Origin: a virus | Lineage: Duplodnaviria; Caudoviricetes | Length of the DNA stretch: 64,000 bases | Direction: 5' to 3' (one strand) | Virus record (IMG/VR): IMGVR_UViG_3300029288_005873 | Location: 320,001 to 384,000 of that record | Part shown: piece by piece, positions 31,258 to 41,397 of the stretch | How the letters are laid out: each line of letters begins with the position of its first letter | Numbering within the stretch: position 1 is the first letter of the stretch | The notes under the pieces: model-generated | The model's input: the letters and a program-made list of their open reading frames with translations, nothing else | Told to the model about the DNA's origin: nothing | Database searches by the model: none | Position numbers and translations under genes: made by a program

Positions 31258-31275
31258 ATGTGGGTTTATTGATAG
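31258..31275 (-). promoter_or_regulatory. Putative phage late promoter CTATCAAT-N6-ACAT upstream of the sheath
   Basis: One of five exact intergenic copies of CTATCAAT-N6-RCAT, each oriented toward the downstream gene. Confidence 0.7.
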
Positions 31276-31319
31276 ATCTTCAACGTTTGTAGGAAAAAGA
31301 TTGAAAGCTTGATTAAAAT

Positions 31320-31337
31320 CTATCAATAAAAAAGCAT
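31320..31337 (+). promoter_or_regulatory. Putative phage late promoter CTATCAAT-N6-GCAT, divergent copy
   Basis: CTATCAAT AAAAAA GCAT, 36 nt upstream of the only plus-strand gene. Confidence 0.7.
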
Positions 31338-31373
31338 CTCTTTGGAGCACAATGGTCAGAAAAGGAGAACAAA

Positions 31374-31868
31374 ATGCCTGAATGCGAAAATTGCGGGAAA
31401 TCGTTTCCAAAAACAGTTAAAGAAAATGGCAGAATATGGGATCTAACGAGTCGCAGATTCTGTCCAAAATGCTCGCCTCTGGGTGGCAATAATAGACGTA
31501 CATATGTGGTGATACCAGAACCAGGACAGGCTTTCTGTGCTCGCTGCCAAAAAATAAAAGACCGTGGGGAATTCCATAATAGAAAAGGCGGAACACCCCT
31601 TAGCTATTGTAAAATTTGTCAAGAAGTGGTCAAAGCTTTGAAACTAGAAGAGAAGATGGAGAAGGCTGTCGCTCTGAAGGGAGGAGCGTGTATTGACTGC
31701 GGAAATACATTTCCCGTTCCCGTGTTTGAATTTCTAAAAGATGGCAAAACACTGCCATTGAGTGTCGTAAAGAACATGTCATGGGAACGATTTAGTGAAC
31801 TACTTGGACAGTATGAAATGCTATGCCACAATTGTAGTTCCCTGCGCAAATGGGAATCGGGTGATTAA
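31374..31868 (+). CDS. Multi-zinc-finger protein, degenerate HNH-like
   Basis: Six CxxC pairs; KGGACIDCG...FEF...SWE...LCHNC scaffold without the expected histidines; AAGGAGA SD; own promoter-like motif. Confidence 0.7.
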   Translation: MPECENCGKSFPKTVKENGRIWDLTSRRFCPKCSPLGGNNRRTYVVIPEPGQAFCARCQKIKDRGEFHNRKGGTPLSYCKICQEVVKALKLEEKMEKAVALKGGACIDCGNTFPVPVFEFLKDGKTLPLSVVKNMSWERFSELLGQYEMLCHNCSSLRKWESGD

Positions 31869-32626
31869 GTATCTGTAGTCGTTACCGAAGTTACAACAGC
31901 ACTGAAGTTTCCGCTACCAAGAAGACCAAATTCAAAACAAAAGTTTATGGTTTCCAGGAGGCTATTTGCTGGTATTGGAATCTGTCTTTTCCACTCACTA
32001 AAAGTTTCCACAGTTATAGACTGCATATAGATTTTGTCATTGGCGAAATCTTCCTCCTGTTCTCCTCCACATGATACCATTTTTATGAAGAGCCCAGCAT
32101 CCAGTAAAGGCTGTCTTGCTACACCTATAAGGTATGAAGATACTATGTCTGAAAGCTCTTCTCTATCCTGTGTGCTTTTTGCCGCTATGCGTATCTCGAA
32201 AGTCTGATCCCAGGCGCCTGCGAATACCTTATGCGTAGGAACTTTCACAAATGACCTATTTCCGTATCCATCCACAACCAAATCTACCCTATAGCGTGTT
32301 GTGCCCTCTTGATTAAAGCTTATCGGAAAATACCGCCCTCCTGTATGCCTTATAGTCAAAGAAGGCAGATAGCGCTTATCGTACCTGAAAATATCTCCTA
32401 TGAATATCCTTGTCGTCCTTGTCTCTTCGATATCTGGTGGTAGATCCGTCAGATCTGGTGTAAGTGGAAAACCAAAAGCATCCGTGCTGTAGCGATATAT
32501 GGTATCCTGCTTAAAATGCTCGCGGAGAGAATCTATCAGCAAATTTTTGCCCTGCCCGACCTCCGTCTGCCTGACGAAGTCCGCGAGCTCGAAAAGGTCG
32601 CTGAACACACGGAAACTTGTCGCCAT
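31865..32626 (-). CDS. Tail completion / terminator-like protein
   Basis: RYLPSLTIRHTGG, FEIRIAAKSTQDREELSDIV and IYMQSITVET pattern; last minus-strand gene before the sheath. Confidence 0.6.
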   Translation of the reverse strand: MATSFRVFSDLFELADFVRQTEVGQGKNLLIDSLREHFKQDTIYRYSTDAFGFPLTPDLTDLPPDIEETRTTRIFIGDIFRYDKRYLPSLTIRHTGGRYFPISFNQEGTTRYRVDLVVDGYGNRSFVKVPTHKVFAGAWDQTFEIRIAAKSTQDREELSDIVSSYLIGVARQPLLDAGLFIKMVSCGGEQEEDFANDKIYMQSITVETFSEWKRQIPIPANSLLETINFCFEFGLLGSGNFSAVVTSVTTTDT

Positions 32627-32634
32627 CTCTCACC

Positions 32635-33105
32635 TCATTGGGGCTGACCCACTCTCACAATTTTTGCGCCATTTTCCACATTAAATACTACATTCCCGTT
32701 TATTCTTCCCTCTAAGAGACATTCGGCTACGTACCTTCCTGGAGGCAGTTGTGCCATCCATTCGCCCGACCGGTTGGTACGCGTTTTCTTTACAGCATTA
32801 TTTATATCATCGTATATAGTAATTCCAACCTCTGAAACCGGTTTTCCGCCGTCCATTATTTTACCAATTACCCTAGCGTTTGGCGCCGCTTTAATTAAAG
32901 GCTCGGGTGCGACTCGGGCAGGCTCGGAGATAATAGCCCTAGTTTCCTCTTTATTAGTTGGCGCACAGCAAGCATTAGAATTATTTGCCGCAAGAAGCTG
33001 TTTTAGAAGCTGTTCCACTACCTGTAGGCGGCGATCCATGAGAACGAAGTTCCCTAGAAGCTCCTCAATCATTTGTATTCCCGTCTTCCCTGTCTTTTCT
33101 GCCAT
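32635..33105 (-). CDS. Hypothetical protein with a C-terminal prealbumin/carboxypeptidase-regulatory-like beta domain
   Basis: GKPVSEVGITIYD...KTRTNRSGEWMAQLPPGRY. Confidence 0.6.
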   Translation of the reverse strand: MAEKTGKTGIQMIEELLGNFVLMDRRLQVVEQLLKQLLAANNSNACCAPTNKEETRAIISEPARVAPEPLIKAAPNARVIGKIMDGGKPVSEVGITIYDDINNAVKKTRTNRSGEWMAQLPPGRYVAECLLEGRINGNVVFNVENGAKIVRVGQPQ

Positions 33106-33113
33106 TTAATCAC

Positions 33114-36100
33114 CTATAGTTTGTATGCTACCCTAACACCATGTATAACAGTGGCATCAGCTGATGTAGTAGTAAAGTACACATTATGAATTTCCCCAGA
33201 ACCCATTACAGTTGTTGTTGCTGGAGTTAAAACAATGGTTGAAAGGGAATGAATATTACCAGTTCCAGGACAAGATGTTGCCGCAACAACTGATGTTACT
33301 GGTAATGTGTCACCATTCCAAGCTGTAGAATTCCATCCAGCATCAAATGATGAATTCGGAGAAACTGCAGCAGAACCATACGTGATGGATACAGATACAA
33401 AAGTTGCTCCAAAAGGCAAATGAGCACCAGAAAATTCAACCTCAGATATTAGACCAGAAGACCCAGTTGTGTATAATACTGTCTTACCAATATCTGAACC
33501 AAAGTTACATGTTTGATCAAGACCTCCAAGATAATCTGCAGAAGCAGTTGATAGAGGAATATCAACATAGTATGTCTGACCTTTATTAAATATGTCTATT
33601 GTTGTAGCATTACTATAATATATTTTTGCATTGGTTGCTGGTGACATTGTAGTATCAACTACATTATTAAATGCCACTAAGCAATTATCAGATATTAAAG
33701 CTATAGCTACAACATTATTATTGAATGTTCCGCCAGAGAATATGTTTCCAGTTACAAGACAATCATCCTGTGTGACGGATAGAAGACCATATGTTGACGC
33801 TCCTGTGGCCTCACTCTGGAACGTGTTCCCAGACACAACGCCCCCTCTTGCATTGGTGTATATATCCACTAATTGTACGTCTCCAAATCCGCTTGTATCT
33901 ACAAGATTTGCTATATAGTTTCCGCATACATGAAACATATTGGTGGTGTTACCAGTCATCCACAAGGCAGATGAGTCTGCTCCAACAACATCCCTTGATA
34001 GAATTGTATTATCAAGAACCATAACATATGGACACTTATCAATACTTATTGAATTTCTACAACTTGAGAATGTGTTTCCCGAAACCATAGCATTCGAACA
34101 ATTTGAGAGCACAAGACCTCTTCCTATGGTTCCAACATATAGGTCTATAAAGACATTATCGCGTACAACAATGCTAGAGGCGGTCGTCGGATCACACCTC
34201 ATGCCTACGGCAAATCCATTAGTCGTCGAAGCTACATTTTTTAGGAAATTTCGCTCTATAAGCAATGCAGTCACAGAAGATGCGCTACTAATGTCGATCA
34301 TTGCCATATTGGCTGCCGCAACCTGTGTGCCACCATACAACATAAAGTTGTCGGTTATCCTAGTATAAATATTTGACCCAATACCAATGAAGGATGAACC
34401 AGCAACTATCGTAGCTGAAGTTGTAACTATGTTGTTTCCAGATATTGTATCATAAAGAGAAGAACTAATCACAATTCCGTTCTTTAGGACCTGGAATATG
34501 GTGTTATCCTTTATATTGTTGTAATTAGACGTCGATGTTATAGATATACCAACGTCTACGTTATGGAGCGCGCACTGCCTTATGTGGGAAAACTGAAGGT
34601 TGGTCATAACAATGGCATTATTACCTGCCGCAGATGCCAAGAAGGCAAAGTCGCAGTCTTCGATGCGGATTCCAACAGCCGAACCAGAACTAATAAAACC
34701 ACTGGTAAGTGTACCAGACCTGTAGAACGACAGATCGCGCACAATATTTCCTGTGCCAAGTACGATTGTCGATGCTGCAGATGTAAAGGTGATTCTGGCA
34801 CCAGTTGAACTTGGTCCGATGCCATCACCTTCTAGGATGGTATAATCTGGAAGAGTTACAGACCCAGCTAGTAACACATTACCGCGAATCCTTATCTTCC
34901 TAGAATAGGAGTTTCCAGAAGATAATGCGGACAAATAGGCAGCAGCTGACTCAAGACTGGCGAATGAGCCATGGTCAATACCATCCTCTTCAACAAGAAT
35001 ATCTAGTTTTCCATCTACGTCTCCCACAAACCTACGCACATCGGTTATAGATGTTATGACGTTTGAACTATTGACTACAACCTGGGCAAAGGCAACTTGT
35101 GTCCTGCCTGCCAGGATTTCCGCAATAGATGGTGTAGAAAGCACACTGGACGCAAAATAGTTATCCCTCATAAGACGCAGAGAACCATCAGTGTCCATGA
35201 GAAGATTGTATGTTGCTACTCCGTCAGCAGGAATAGTGAATGTTGCCCCGCCAACAGACTTTATCTGACCATCTACTAAAGCCTCTCCTCCTATTACAGA
35301 AAGTACGGAAGTTCCTGTTCCACTTGCCTCGAAGCCTTTGATTACTCCATTCCCACGCAGAAGTGAACGTGGATATGATACATAGTCACGCGTAAAGTCA
35401 TCGCGAACATCCTGTCTGCCAACATTTCCAAATTCCCTTGTGTCAATAAGCTGTCCAAAAGTCGTCCTGTTATGAAGAACTGTAGCTAATTGAAGGAATC
35501 TCTCTTCGCTTATGCGCGGATATGTCGTAATGTCGAGATAACCGTCAGATCCAGGAAGAGAACCAACAATCTCAAAGTTTATGTAATCCACATTGTTGGC
35601 ATCATATAGAGAAAAGCAAAAACCTGCTTCAGATGTCGACGGAAGGGCAACTTTAACACCAATATTTGAAATAGAAGGACCAGCAGCTCTTGTCCCAAGG
35701 ACTAGCGTACGTGCTGAGAAGTCATAAAAAGCACGTCGCAATGACGAACCAAATGTTCTAGAGATGCCTGTAACATCTAATATTACCTCAAGTCCTGCGC
35801 CTCCACCAGAAGTGTCAACATATTGAACCCTAGTTGAGGCTTTCAATTCTGCTTCGGGACCATAACCACCATGGTATCCGTCCAGAAAAACTTCGTACAG
35901 TGTTCTTTGGATAGGTGCTGCGGCTGCGGCTACAGAAAAGGCATCAGCCCAGATGCGTACCTGTACCCATTTGTTAATATTTGAGCTAAAATCGTGCTCG
36001 TTTGCACTGTCGAAAACCACAGCAGTAGAAGTAACGCTATTTATGATATATGTACCAGTTTCAAATACGGATACGTGAGCCACCTGTCCCGCTTTGACGG

Positions 36101-37646
36101 CAGAAGCAAGAGGATTTATGCTCGGGAATGTTATAGTATCACCAGACGTAATTTGTCCATATGCGTCAATGAGCAACCTAAGAGATGGAATTTCATATCC
36201 ATCTATATACAGGTTACGCGATGACACAGCATATGATACTCCATATGAAAAGCCAAGAGTTGCCGCAGCATCGTTAGCTGGAACTGCTGCAACGGCAACC
36301 TCTATAAATCCATTGTCCTGCGGAGAGTCATATGCAAAACCAAGCTCACCATTATGTGAGAAAGCTATGATGGGATATCTTGTGCTTCCAATTCCTGGAG
36401 ATAGAAGTGAATAATTTATTACACGCGCAACATTTTCCGCAGTCCATGTGCTTGGTGTAGCGGAAAATGCCGTCATAGCTGTATATACGTCCAAATCTCC
36501 CGTATCACCGCCACGGTATTTGAGTCGCAGAGACTTTATTGTTGCCGTAAGGTCGCTTCCGCGAAAACCATTACTCAATACATACGGTGCTGATGGATGT
36601 GCGATCTGTAGGGTCGATGGACGTCGCATACAGACTATTGCTGGAGAAGGTTCTGAGGTTTCCTCAGAATTTCTATACACGGCAGCCACACCAGTACCAG
36701 AAACAGGGAGCTGCCCAAATATGTTTACCTGATTCGTGCTTTGTGTACTATCTACAATAAATCGGTATGTTCTTCCCCCTATAATCAGATCAATTCTATC
36801 ATTTCTGGATATAAGCGCAAAATCAGCTGGGGTTGGAGCAACAGCAAACTTTATAAAAGAACTGCCTACTGTACCAGAAGTCGTTGTTGCTGGTGCGATA
36901 ATTGTTACACCATGATCTGTACCAGATATAAAGGCATCCTGAGAATTAAGTATCCCGTTTCCGTGCTGTCTGTCCCTATGTCTGATTACCTCAACAAGCT
37001 GAAGATTTTCTAGTTGTTCTGTAGCATCCTGTACATTATCGGCAGTTATGGTTGTAAACCTATTTGGGTCTAATGATATGGCACTTCCATCGTGAGCATC
37101 AATGGGATCAATTATGTGCGCGATTAATCTAGTATCAAGCTCAGTAAGAGCCCCTTGTACTGTCTTCCCAGTAAACACACCATAAGCATCAACATCACCA
37201 GAAGTATGCCGTCCCCACAATGCTGGATGCGCAACATGTTGAGATAGATTCGATATATCCTGTGCCAGCGCTATCTCTAGAGCATCAACCCTAACTCTTA
37301 GACTGTCTATCCAAAACTTTAGCAGAGTAGTACCATAGTTTAGGTCAAGCTTTGACTCCTCGATCCCAGCATTTGTACCAACCTGAGAGTCGGTTATCGG
37401 AAGAGTCACAAGTCCTATACCAGCTAGAGCTGAGGCTTTAATATAGCCGTTAGCATCAAGAGATACGCCCAGCCTTGTAACCAAATCGGTAGCGCTGCCT
37501 TGGGGTAACCGACCCAGAGCCTTTTCGATCGCAAATACGGCACTGCGAAGCAGGTTAATTACATCCCCCCCGATTTCTGAGATATTATCGTCTATTCTTG
37601 GTATTTCTGCATCGGTATCTATGCTTGTTGGGTACTTGATAACCAT
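33114..37646 (-). CDS. Tail fibre/spike with a right-handed parallel beta-helix (pectin-lyase-like) domain (1510 aa)
   Basis: N-terminal anchor; AHIIDPIDAHDGSAIS and VQGALTEL/VQDATEQL fibre repeats; FASLESAA...LEGDG entry into the helix, then many I.DN.I / VSGNTF rungs. Confidence 0.8.
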   Translation of the reverse strand: MVIKYPTSIDTDAEIPRIDDNISEIGGDVINLLRSAVFAIEKALGRLPQGSATDLVTRLGVSLDANGYIKASALAGIGLVTLPITDSQVGTNAGIEESKLDLNYGTTLLKFWIDSLRVRVDALEIALAQDISNLSQHVAHPALWGRHTSGDVDAYGVFTGKTVQGALTELDTRLIAHIIDPIDAHDGSAISLDPNRFTTITADNVQDATEQLENLQLVEVIRHRDRQHGNGILNSQDAFISGTDHGVTIIAPATTTSGTVGSSFIKFAVAPTPADFALISRNDRIDLIIGGRTYRFIVDSTQSTNQVNIFGQLPVSGTGVAAVYRNSEETSEPSPAIVCMRRPSTLQIAHPSAPYVLSNGFRGSDLTATIKSLRLKYRGGDTGDLDVYTAMTAFSATPSTWTAENVARVINYSLLSPGIGSTRYPIIAFSHNGELGFAYDSPQDNGFIEVAVAAVPANDAAATLGFSYGVSYAVSSRNLYIDGYEIPSLRLLIDAYGQITSGDTITFPSINPLASAVKAGQVAHVSVFETGTYIINSVTSTAVVFDSANEHDFSSNINKWVQVRIWADAFSVAAAAAPIQRTLYEVFLDGYHGGYGPEAELKASTRVQYVDTSGGGAGLEVILDVTGISRTFGSSLRRAFYDFSARTLVLGTRAAGPSISNIGVKVALPSTSEAGFCFSLYDANNVDYINFEIVGSLPGSDGYLDITTYPRISEERFLQLATVLHNRTTFGQLIDTREFGNVGRQDVRDDFTRDYVSYPRSLLRGNGVIKGFEASGTGTSVLSVIGGEALVDGQIKSVGGATFTIPADGVATYNLLMDTDGSLRLMRDNYFASSVLSTPSIAEILAGRTQVAFAQVVVNSSNVITSITDVRRFVGDVDGKLDILVEEDGIDHGSFASLESAAAYLSALSSGNSYSRKIRIRGNVLLAGSVTLPDYTILEGDGIGPSSTGARITFTSAASTIVLGTGNIVRDLSFYRSGTLTSGFISSGSAVGIRIEDCDFAFLASAAGNNAIVMTNLQFSHIRQCALHNVDVGISITSTSNYNNIKDNTIFQVLKNGIVISSSLYDTISGNNIVTTSATIVAGSSFIGIGSNIYTRITDNFMLYGGTQVAAANMAMIDISSASSVTALLIERNFLKNVASTTNGFAVGMRCDPTTASSIVVRDNVFIDLYVGTIGRGLVLSNCSNAMVSGNTFSSCRNSISIDKCPYVMVLDNTILSRDVVGADSSALWMTGNTTNMFHVCGNYIANLVDTSGFGDVQLVDIYTNARGGVVSGNTFQSEATGASTYGLLSVTQDDCLVTGNIFSGGTFNNNVVAIALISDNCLVAFNNVVDTTMSPATNAKIYYSNATTIDIFNKGQTYYVDIPLSTASADYLGGLDQTCNFGSDIGKTVLYTTGSSGLISEVEFSGAHLPFGATFVSVSITYGSAAVSPNSSFDAGWNSTAWNGDTLPVTSVVAATSCPGTGNIHSLSTIVLTPATTTVMGSGEIHNVYFTTTSADATVIHGVRVAYKL

Positions 37647-37664
37647 TGTGCCAGCTCCTCCGGC

Positions 37665-37967
37665 TTATGCTTCCTTTTCGCTGTCATCTTCCTCTTCGGT
37701 CCCTCCAACTCCACTTGCTAGCGGATTAAAGGACATTTTGTAGCGCTCAGTGTTGTGTTCAACATTCTTCTGCCAAACATTGCCGCCTATATACAAACCA
37801 GTTACCAGTGTTATGACAGACACCCATTCGGTACCTGATAATAGTACAAGAGGCTTTTCCGCAGCAAACAACCACGCACTAACAAGGGGTGGTAAAAAAG
37901 CTCCAATGGTTGCAAGTATGACCACCAATAATGCAAGATGCCATTTCCTGGACGGCAGAGCACTCAT
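37665..37967 (-). CDS. Holin-like two-TM membrane protein
   Basis: SRKWHLALLVVILATIGAFL and WVSVITLVTGLYIGGNVWQK with a charged C-terminal tail. Confidence 0.55.
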   Translation of the reverse strand: MSALPSRKWHLALLVVILATIGAFLPPLVSAWLFAAEKPLVLLSGTEWVSVITLVTGLYIGGNVWQKNVEHNTERYKMSFNPLASGVGGTEEEDDSEKEA

Positions 37968-38224
37968 TTTTTATCCCCCTTTTCTATAATTGGTGGTTTA
38001 ACTTTTGTATTAGCGGCTTGCATAATCTGCGCACGTGCTTGATTAGCTTGAGCCATAATTAACTGTCTTTGACGCTCGATCTCTGCCCTAATGTCCTGAT
38101 GTCCAATATTTACTGGTGTATTGCCACTACGCATTCTTGATCGAAGCTTTCCAACGCATCTTTCCAAAAGAATACGCATATGATCAAGATCTTCAGTCAA
38201 CTCCTCAAGAAATCTATCGTCCAT
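37964..38224 (-). CDS. Hypothetical coiled-coil protein
   Basis: AGGAGA SD; ATGA overlap with the next gene. Confidence 0.6.
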   Translation of the reverse strand: MDDRFLEELTEDLDHMRILLERCVGKLRSRMRSGNTPVNIGHQDIRAEIERQRQLIMAQANQARAQIMQAANTKVKPPIIEKGDKK

Positions 38225-38233
38225 TTCTATCTC

Positions 38234-38500
38234 CTAGTATATGTCCTTTATAAGACCATGTAGTATTTGTATTGTAACGCCACCAAAAATTACGGTGCCA
38301 GAATATCCGTCAGCCTGGTCGTCAAGACGTTCTGCAACCGTTCCAAAAATACCTTGAGGCTGGACACCAAGCGCTTGTTCAATAGCAATTATAGCGCTTC
38401 TATTGTCATTGTGGTCTCTAGCCACAACCTCTTCTATCTTATCACGAACAACCCTTATATTTGAATATCCGTCTATCGCCGACGGGTAAACTGTGCTCAT
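38234..38500 (-). CDS. Miniature paralogue of the tail-fibre N-terminal anchor domain (88 aa)
   Basis: YPSAID...RSAIIAIEQALGVQPQG...VAERL versus YPTSID...RSAVFAIEKALGRLPQG...LVTRL in 33114..37646. Confidence 0.7.
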   Translation of the reverse strand: MSTVYPSAIDGYSNIRVVRDKIEEVVARDHNDNRSAIIAIEQALGVQPQGIFGTVAERLDDQADGYSGTVIFGGVTIQILHGLIKDIY

Positions 38501-38524
38501 TTTTTCCTCCTAGATAAATGGCGT

Positions 38525-39409
38525 CTAGATATAAAATTGTGCGGTTCGCCATTTTCTATCTAGACGCGTACTCTCGTTGGAGTCGCGATATAACCACTCA
38601 ATTATTCTGGATGTCTGTTTCCTACCACCAAAAGTCAATTCGAACACTTGAGCATTTCTCTTTTTCCGTACAGCTGGACTTTTTGTAGCACAATGTATTA
38701 TTAGTTCATTTCTAATCCACTGTAGCATTTGTTCAGTACCAGCGAAACCCAAAGCAGCTGATGTGCTACCAATCCACCCATCTCCATCCATATATCCGCG
38801 TATAAAATGCCGCACCATATCAACAGGAATTTTTAATGGTGGCATTAAAACAAGGCTTTTCTTAGCCACTACATTGAAATTATACGCCAGGTCAGTAACA
38901 AGAAGTTTTGAGCCAATAACAAGGACAATCGATTCTCTGTCCATGCGCAAAGGTCTGTCCCATCCAAGCCATTTAGCAAATGAAGTTACATGTTCTACAT
39001 CAGATTTTTTCAAACTCAATTTCATTTGAGTGCGCACAATGCTACCATCAGCTGCCATAAGCCCTGCCCAATAACAACTTTCTGGTGAAAATGACGCAAA
39101 AGCAGAATGATTTACAGATTTATTTCTCGCGGCTTCTGATATATTACGCATCACACCTGCGTTTTTTATCCTATATGCTATACTACTACACGAAATTCCG
39201 AGTTCATCACCAATCATTTTACAAGTTTTGCCAGATAAATACATTTTAACAAGTATGGCAGTATCAATATTAATAATCCTATTTCTGGATTTTTTACCGC
39301 AAGATTTTAATGCTTTATAAACCATTCTAGTTGTGGTATGAAACATTTTTGCAACTGTTAGAAGAGATTTTCCAGTCATATATGCGTCGGAGATTGCTTT
39401 TTGATCCAT
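38525..39409 (-). CDS. Free-standing LAGLIDADG homing endonuclease with HTH
   Basis: YWAGLMAADGSI and HFIRGYMDGDGWI; visibly related to 26125..26922. Confidence 0.85.
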   Translation of the reverse strand: MDQKAISDAYMTGKSLLTVAKMFHTTTRMVYKALKSCGKKSRNRIINIDTAILVKMYLSGKTCKMIGDELGISCSSIAYRIKNAGVMRNISEAARNKSVNHSAFASFSPESCYWAGLMAADGSIVRTQMKLSLKKSDVEHVTSFAKWLGWDRPLRMDRESIVLVIGSKLLVTDLAYNFNVVAKKSLVLMPPLKIPVDMVRHFIRGYMDGDGWIGSTSAALGFAGTEQMLQWIRNELIIHCATKSPAVRKKRNAQVFELTFGGRKQTSRIIEWLYRDSNESTRLDRKWRTAQFYI

Positions 39410-39418
39410 TATAAATTC

Positions 39419-41395
39419 TCACAATATGTGCGAATGTCCAAGCACAGTCAGAACAACTCCTTGTCTTACTACATGACTATGCATTTCATTCACTGATGTA
39501 GTTCCATTAATAGAAGAAATCTCATCTCCATTTGGAACCATAACATTATGGTAATGCCGAGGAATACCTGGAGCCAATGAAACGCTTGTTGTTACCGCTA
39601 TACCATATGGAGATAAATCACGCTGAACAAGAAATTGGTACACAATAGAAGAACGAGCAAATCTCTGCATATTAAACTTCTGAACACCAGACTGGGAAAA
39701 GAAACCGCGCACTCTGTTTACATCTAAAATTTCATACCTAAAGGCTTCAGTGTTATCTGCGTTAAACCGTACCAATACATCCCTATCTTTAACTGCTGGA
39801 AATGCCATAGTCCAACTGCTTGGTTTATATTCTGGCGTCAATCCATCTTTATCTCCGATCTTAAGATCGTCGACCGCTGGATCGACCCTTACAAGTATAC
39901 GTCCATCGGGTCGTCTCGGATTGATGAATTGCTCATAACCGCCTACAAAACCAGTTGACAGGCATACTGGACAACGGGCATCTGGATTCTCGCGTCTAAG
40001 CATAAAGCAACTACAGCGTATACCTGTCCACAAGCGTCTCATCAAAACAAAAGGTTCACCCGTCGTCTCAAGAAGAAGTTCCTCTCGCTGTAGGGTCTGC
40101 ATTAAAACATCATTTGCTCTAACTGTTTGCCCATTGCGTTTCTGTACGCCGCCGAAATACGTTCCGACACACTGCCCACGCCAAAAATCAGAGGGTGCTA
40201 AACGACGATACGTTCCACAATAGTCGAAACGATCAAAATTTCCTTGGGAATCGTTGTTCGACCCATCTGTAGTGATATCATCGCGCTTAACCTGACGCGG
40301 GAAAAAATAACCATCATGACCCGTTACATCATATCCATCATATCCATCTCTGTAGCCATCTGGTCCATATCCATCGCCAAGAACCCACGTCATAGCATAA
40401 TTAGGTTTTTCGAACGTCGGAGTCGTTTGTGCTATGATAGTGTTTCCATCTTCGTTTCCGCGCCATAGATCAACTATAGACTCTGAATCATGTGACTCGG
40501 CAACCGTTCCAAGATAACCTCGTCCAGTGGCATCGGTCAAAAAAGCAGGCGGAAATTGCCGCAGAGACAGATATCTAACTAGTTCCGTTCCTATCTCTAC
40601 AATACCAAATTCTGGAAAACCATCTACGGATACAACTGGAAGTTCAATATCTGTGTCATAGACATGCCCATCAAGTTCCGTGCTAGGGTATGCGTACATG
40701 TTAGTACCGACTAAACGCAAACCTACTAAACTAGAGACGGAAGGAACAACCTCGGAAGCTCGTACACCAAAATATCGTGTGCTCCCTGGCGCAATACCGC
40801 CTAACGATGCGGTTTGTGCGACAACCATAAATTGCGGTTTTTCCTCAAACACGTCAACACGCTTGGTAGCATGATATAAATTGTAGACGACATAATCATT
40901 CTCGTCATACGGTGCTGCTTCATTCCACTCTAACTCAGCTTCTGTCCCAGTCCCTTCATCCAAGGCTGCCTGTAAACCTGCATTATTACTCATAAAAAAA
41001 GGTTTGCCAACAAGGCAAGCTCTTCCTGTGGCAGGTTCTGGTGGAGGTGGAGGTGGAGGAACATACCCTGATGTGTAAAAACTGTACCCATATGAGTCAA
41101 TGGATCCATATGAGTCCAGTACGGACATCGCCACTACTACCTCAGATGCAGCTGGAAGGTATGATGGTCCCTTCGGATAAATACCAACTACATGTCTTCC
41201 AGTACCAGCAAAGATGTTACCCATAAATCCATTCACGAAAACGCCACCAGTAATCACCTGCGTACCATCAAGTGAAACGGACAACGTTCCAATCTGCTCT
41301 CCATAAGAGTCAGCTACTACGGTGAAACCAACCATCGTAGTTCTTGGTACGCTCGTCTGTTCTGGCTCTGGCGTAAACCTCGTGAAGTATGCCAT
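39419..41395 (-). CDS. Head-closure/neck protein with N-terminal Ig/FN3-like domains (658 aa)
   Basis: TGEPFVLMRR...GIRCSC...CPVCLSTGFVGGY...FPAVKDRDVLVR...RYEI neck-type zinc motif; FN3-like LEWNEA...YNLY...YFGVRA; His-rich C-terminus. Confidence 0.6.
   Translation of the reverse strand: MAYFTRFTPEPEQTSVPRTTMVGFTVVADSYGEQIGTLSVSLDGTQVITGGVFVNGFMGNIFAGTGRHVVGIYPKGPSYLPAASEVVVAMSVLDSYGSIDSYGYSFYTSGYVPPPPPPPEPATGRACLVGKPFFMSNNAGLQAALDEGTGTEAELEWNEAAPYDENDYVVYNLYHATKRVDVFEEKPQFMVVAQTASLGGIAPGSTRYFGVRASEVVPSVSSLVGLRLVGTNMYAYPSTELDGHVYDTDIELPVVSVDGFPEFGIVEIGTELVRYLSLRQFPPAFLTDATGRGYLGTVAESHDSESIVDLWRGNEDGNTIIAQTTPTFEKPNYAMTWVLGDGYGPDGYRDGYDGYDVTGHDGYFFPRQVKRDDITTDGSNNDSQGNFDRFDYCGTYRRLAPSDFWRGQCVGTYFGGVQKRNGQTVRANDVLMQTLQREELLLETTGEPFVLMRRLWTGIRCSCFMLRRENPDARCPVCLSTGFVGGYEQFINPRRPDGRILVRVDPAVDDLKIGDKDGLTPEYKPSSWTMAFPAVKDRDVLVRFNADNTEAFRYEILDVNRVRGFFSQSGVQKFNMQRFARSSIVYQFLVQRDLSPYGIAVTTSVSLAPGIPRHYHNVMVPNGDEISSINGTTSVNEMHSHVVRQGVVLTVLGHSHIL
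40307..40378 (-). repeat. Tandem DGY peptide repeat GDGYGPDGYRDGYDGYDVTGHDGY
   Basis: Five DGY units in 24 codons with varied synonymous codons (GAT GGA TAT, GAT GGC TAC, GAT GGT TAT). Confidence 0.9.
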
Positions 41396-41397
41396 CG

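Noticed and set aside
37665-38224. Complete lysis cassette
   Set aside because: Only a holin-like gene is present; no endolysin or spanin motif was recognised nearby.
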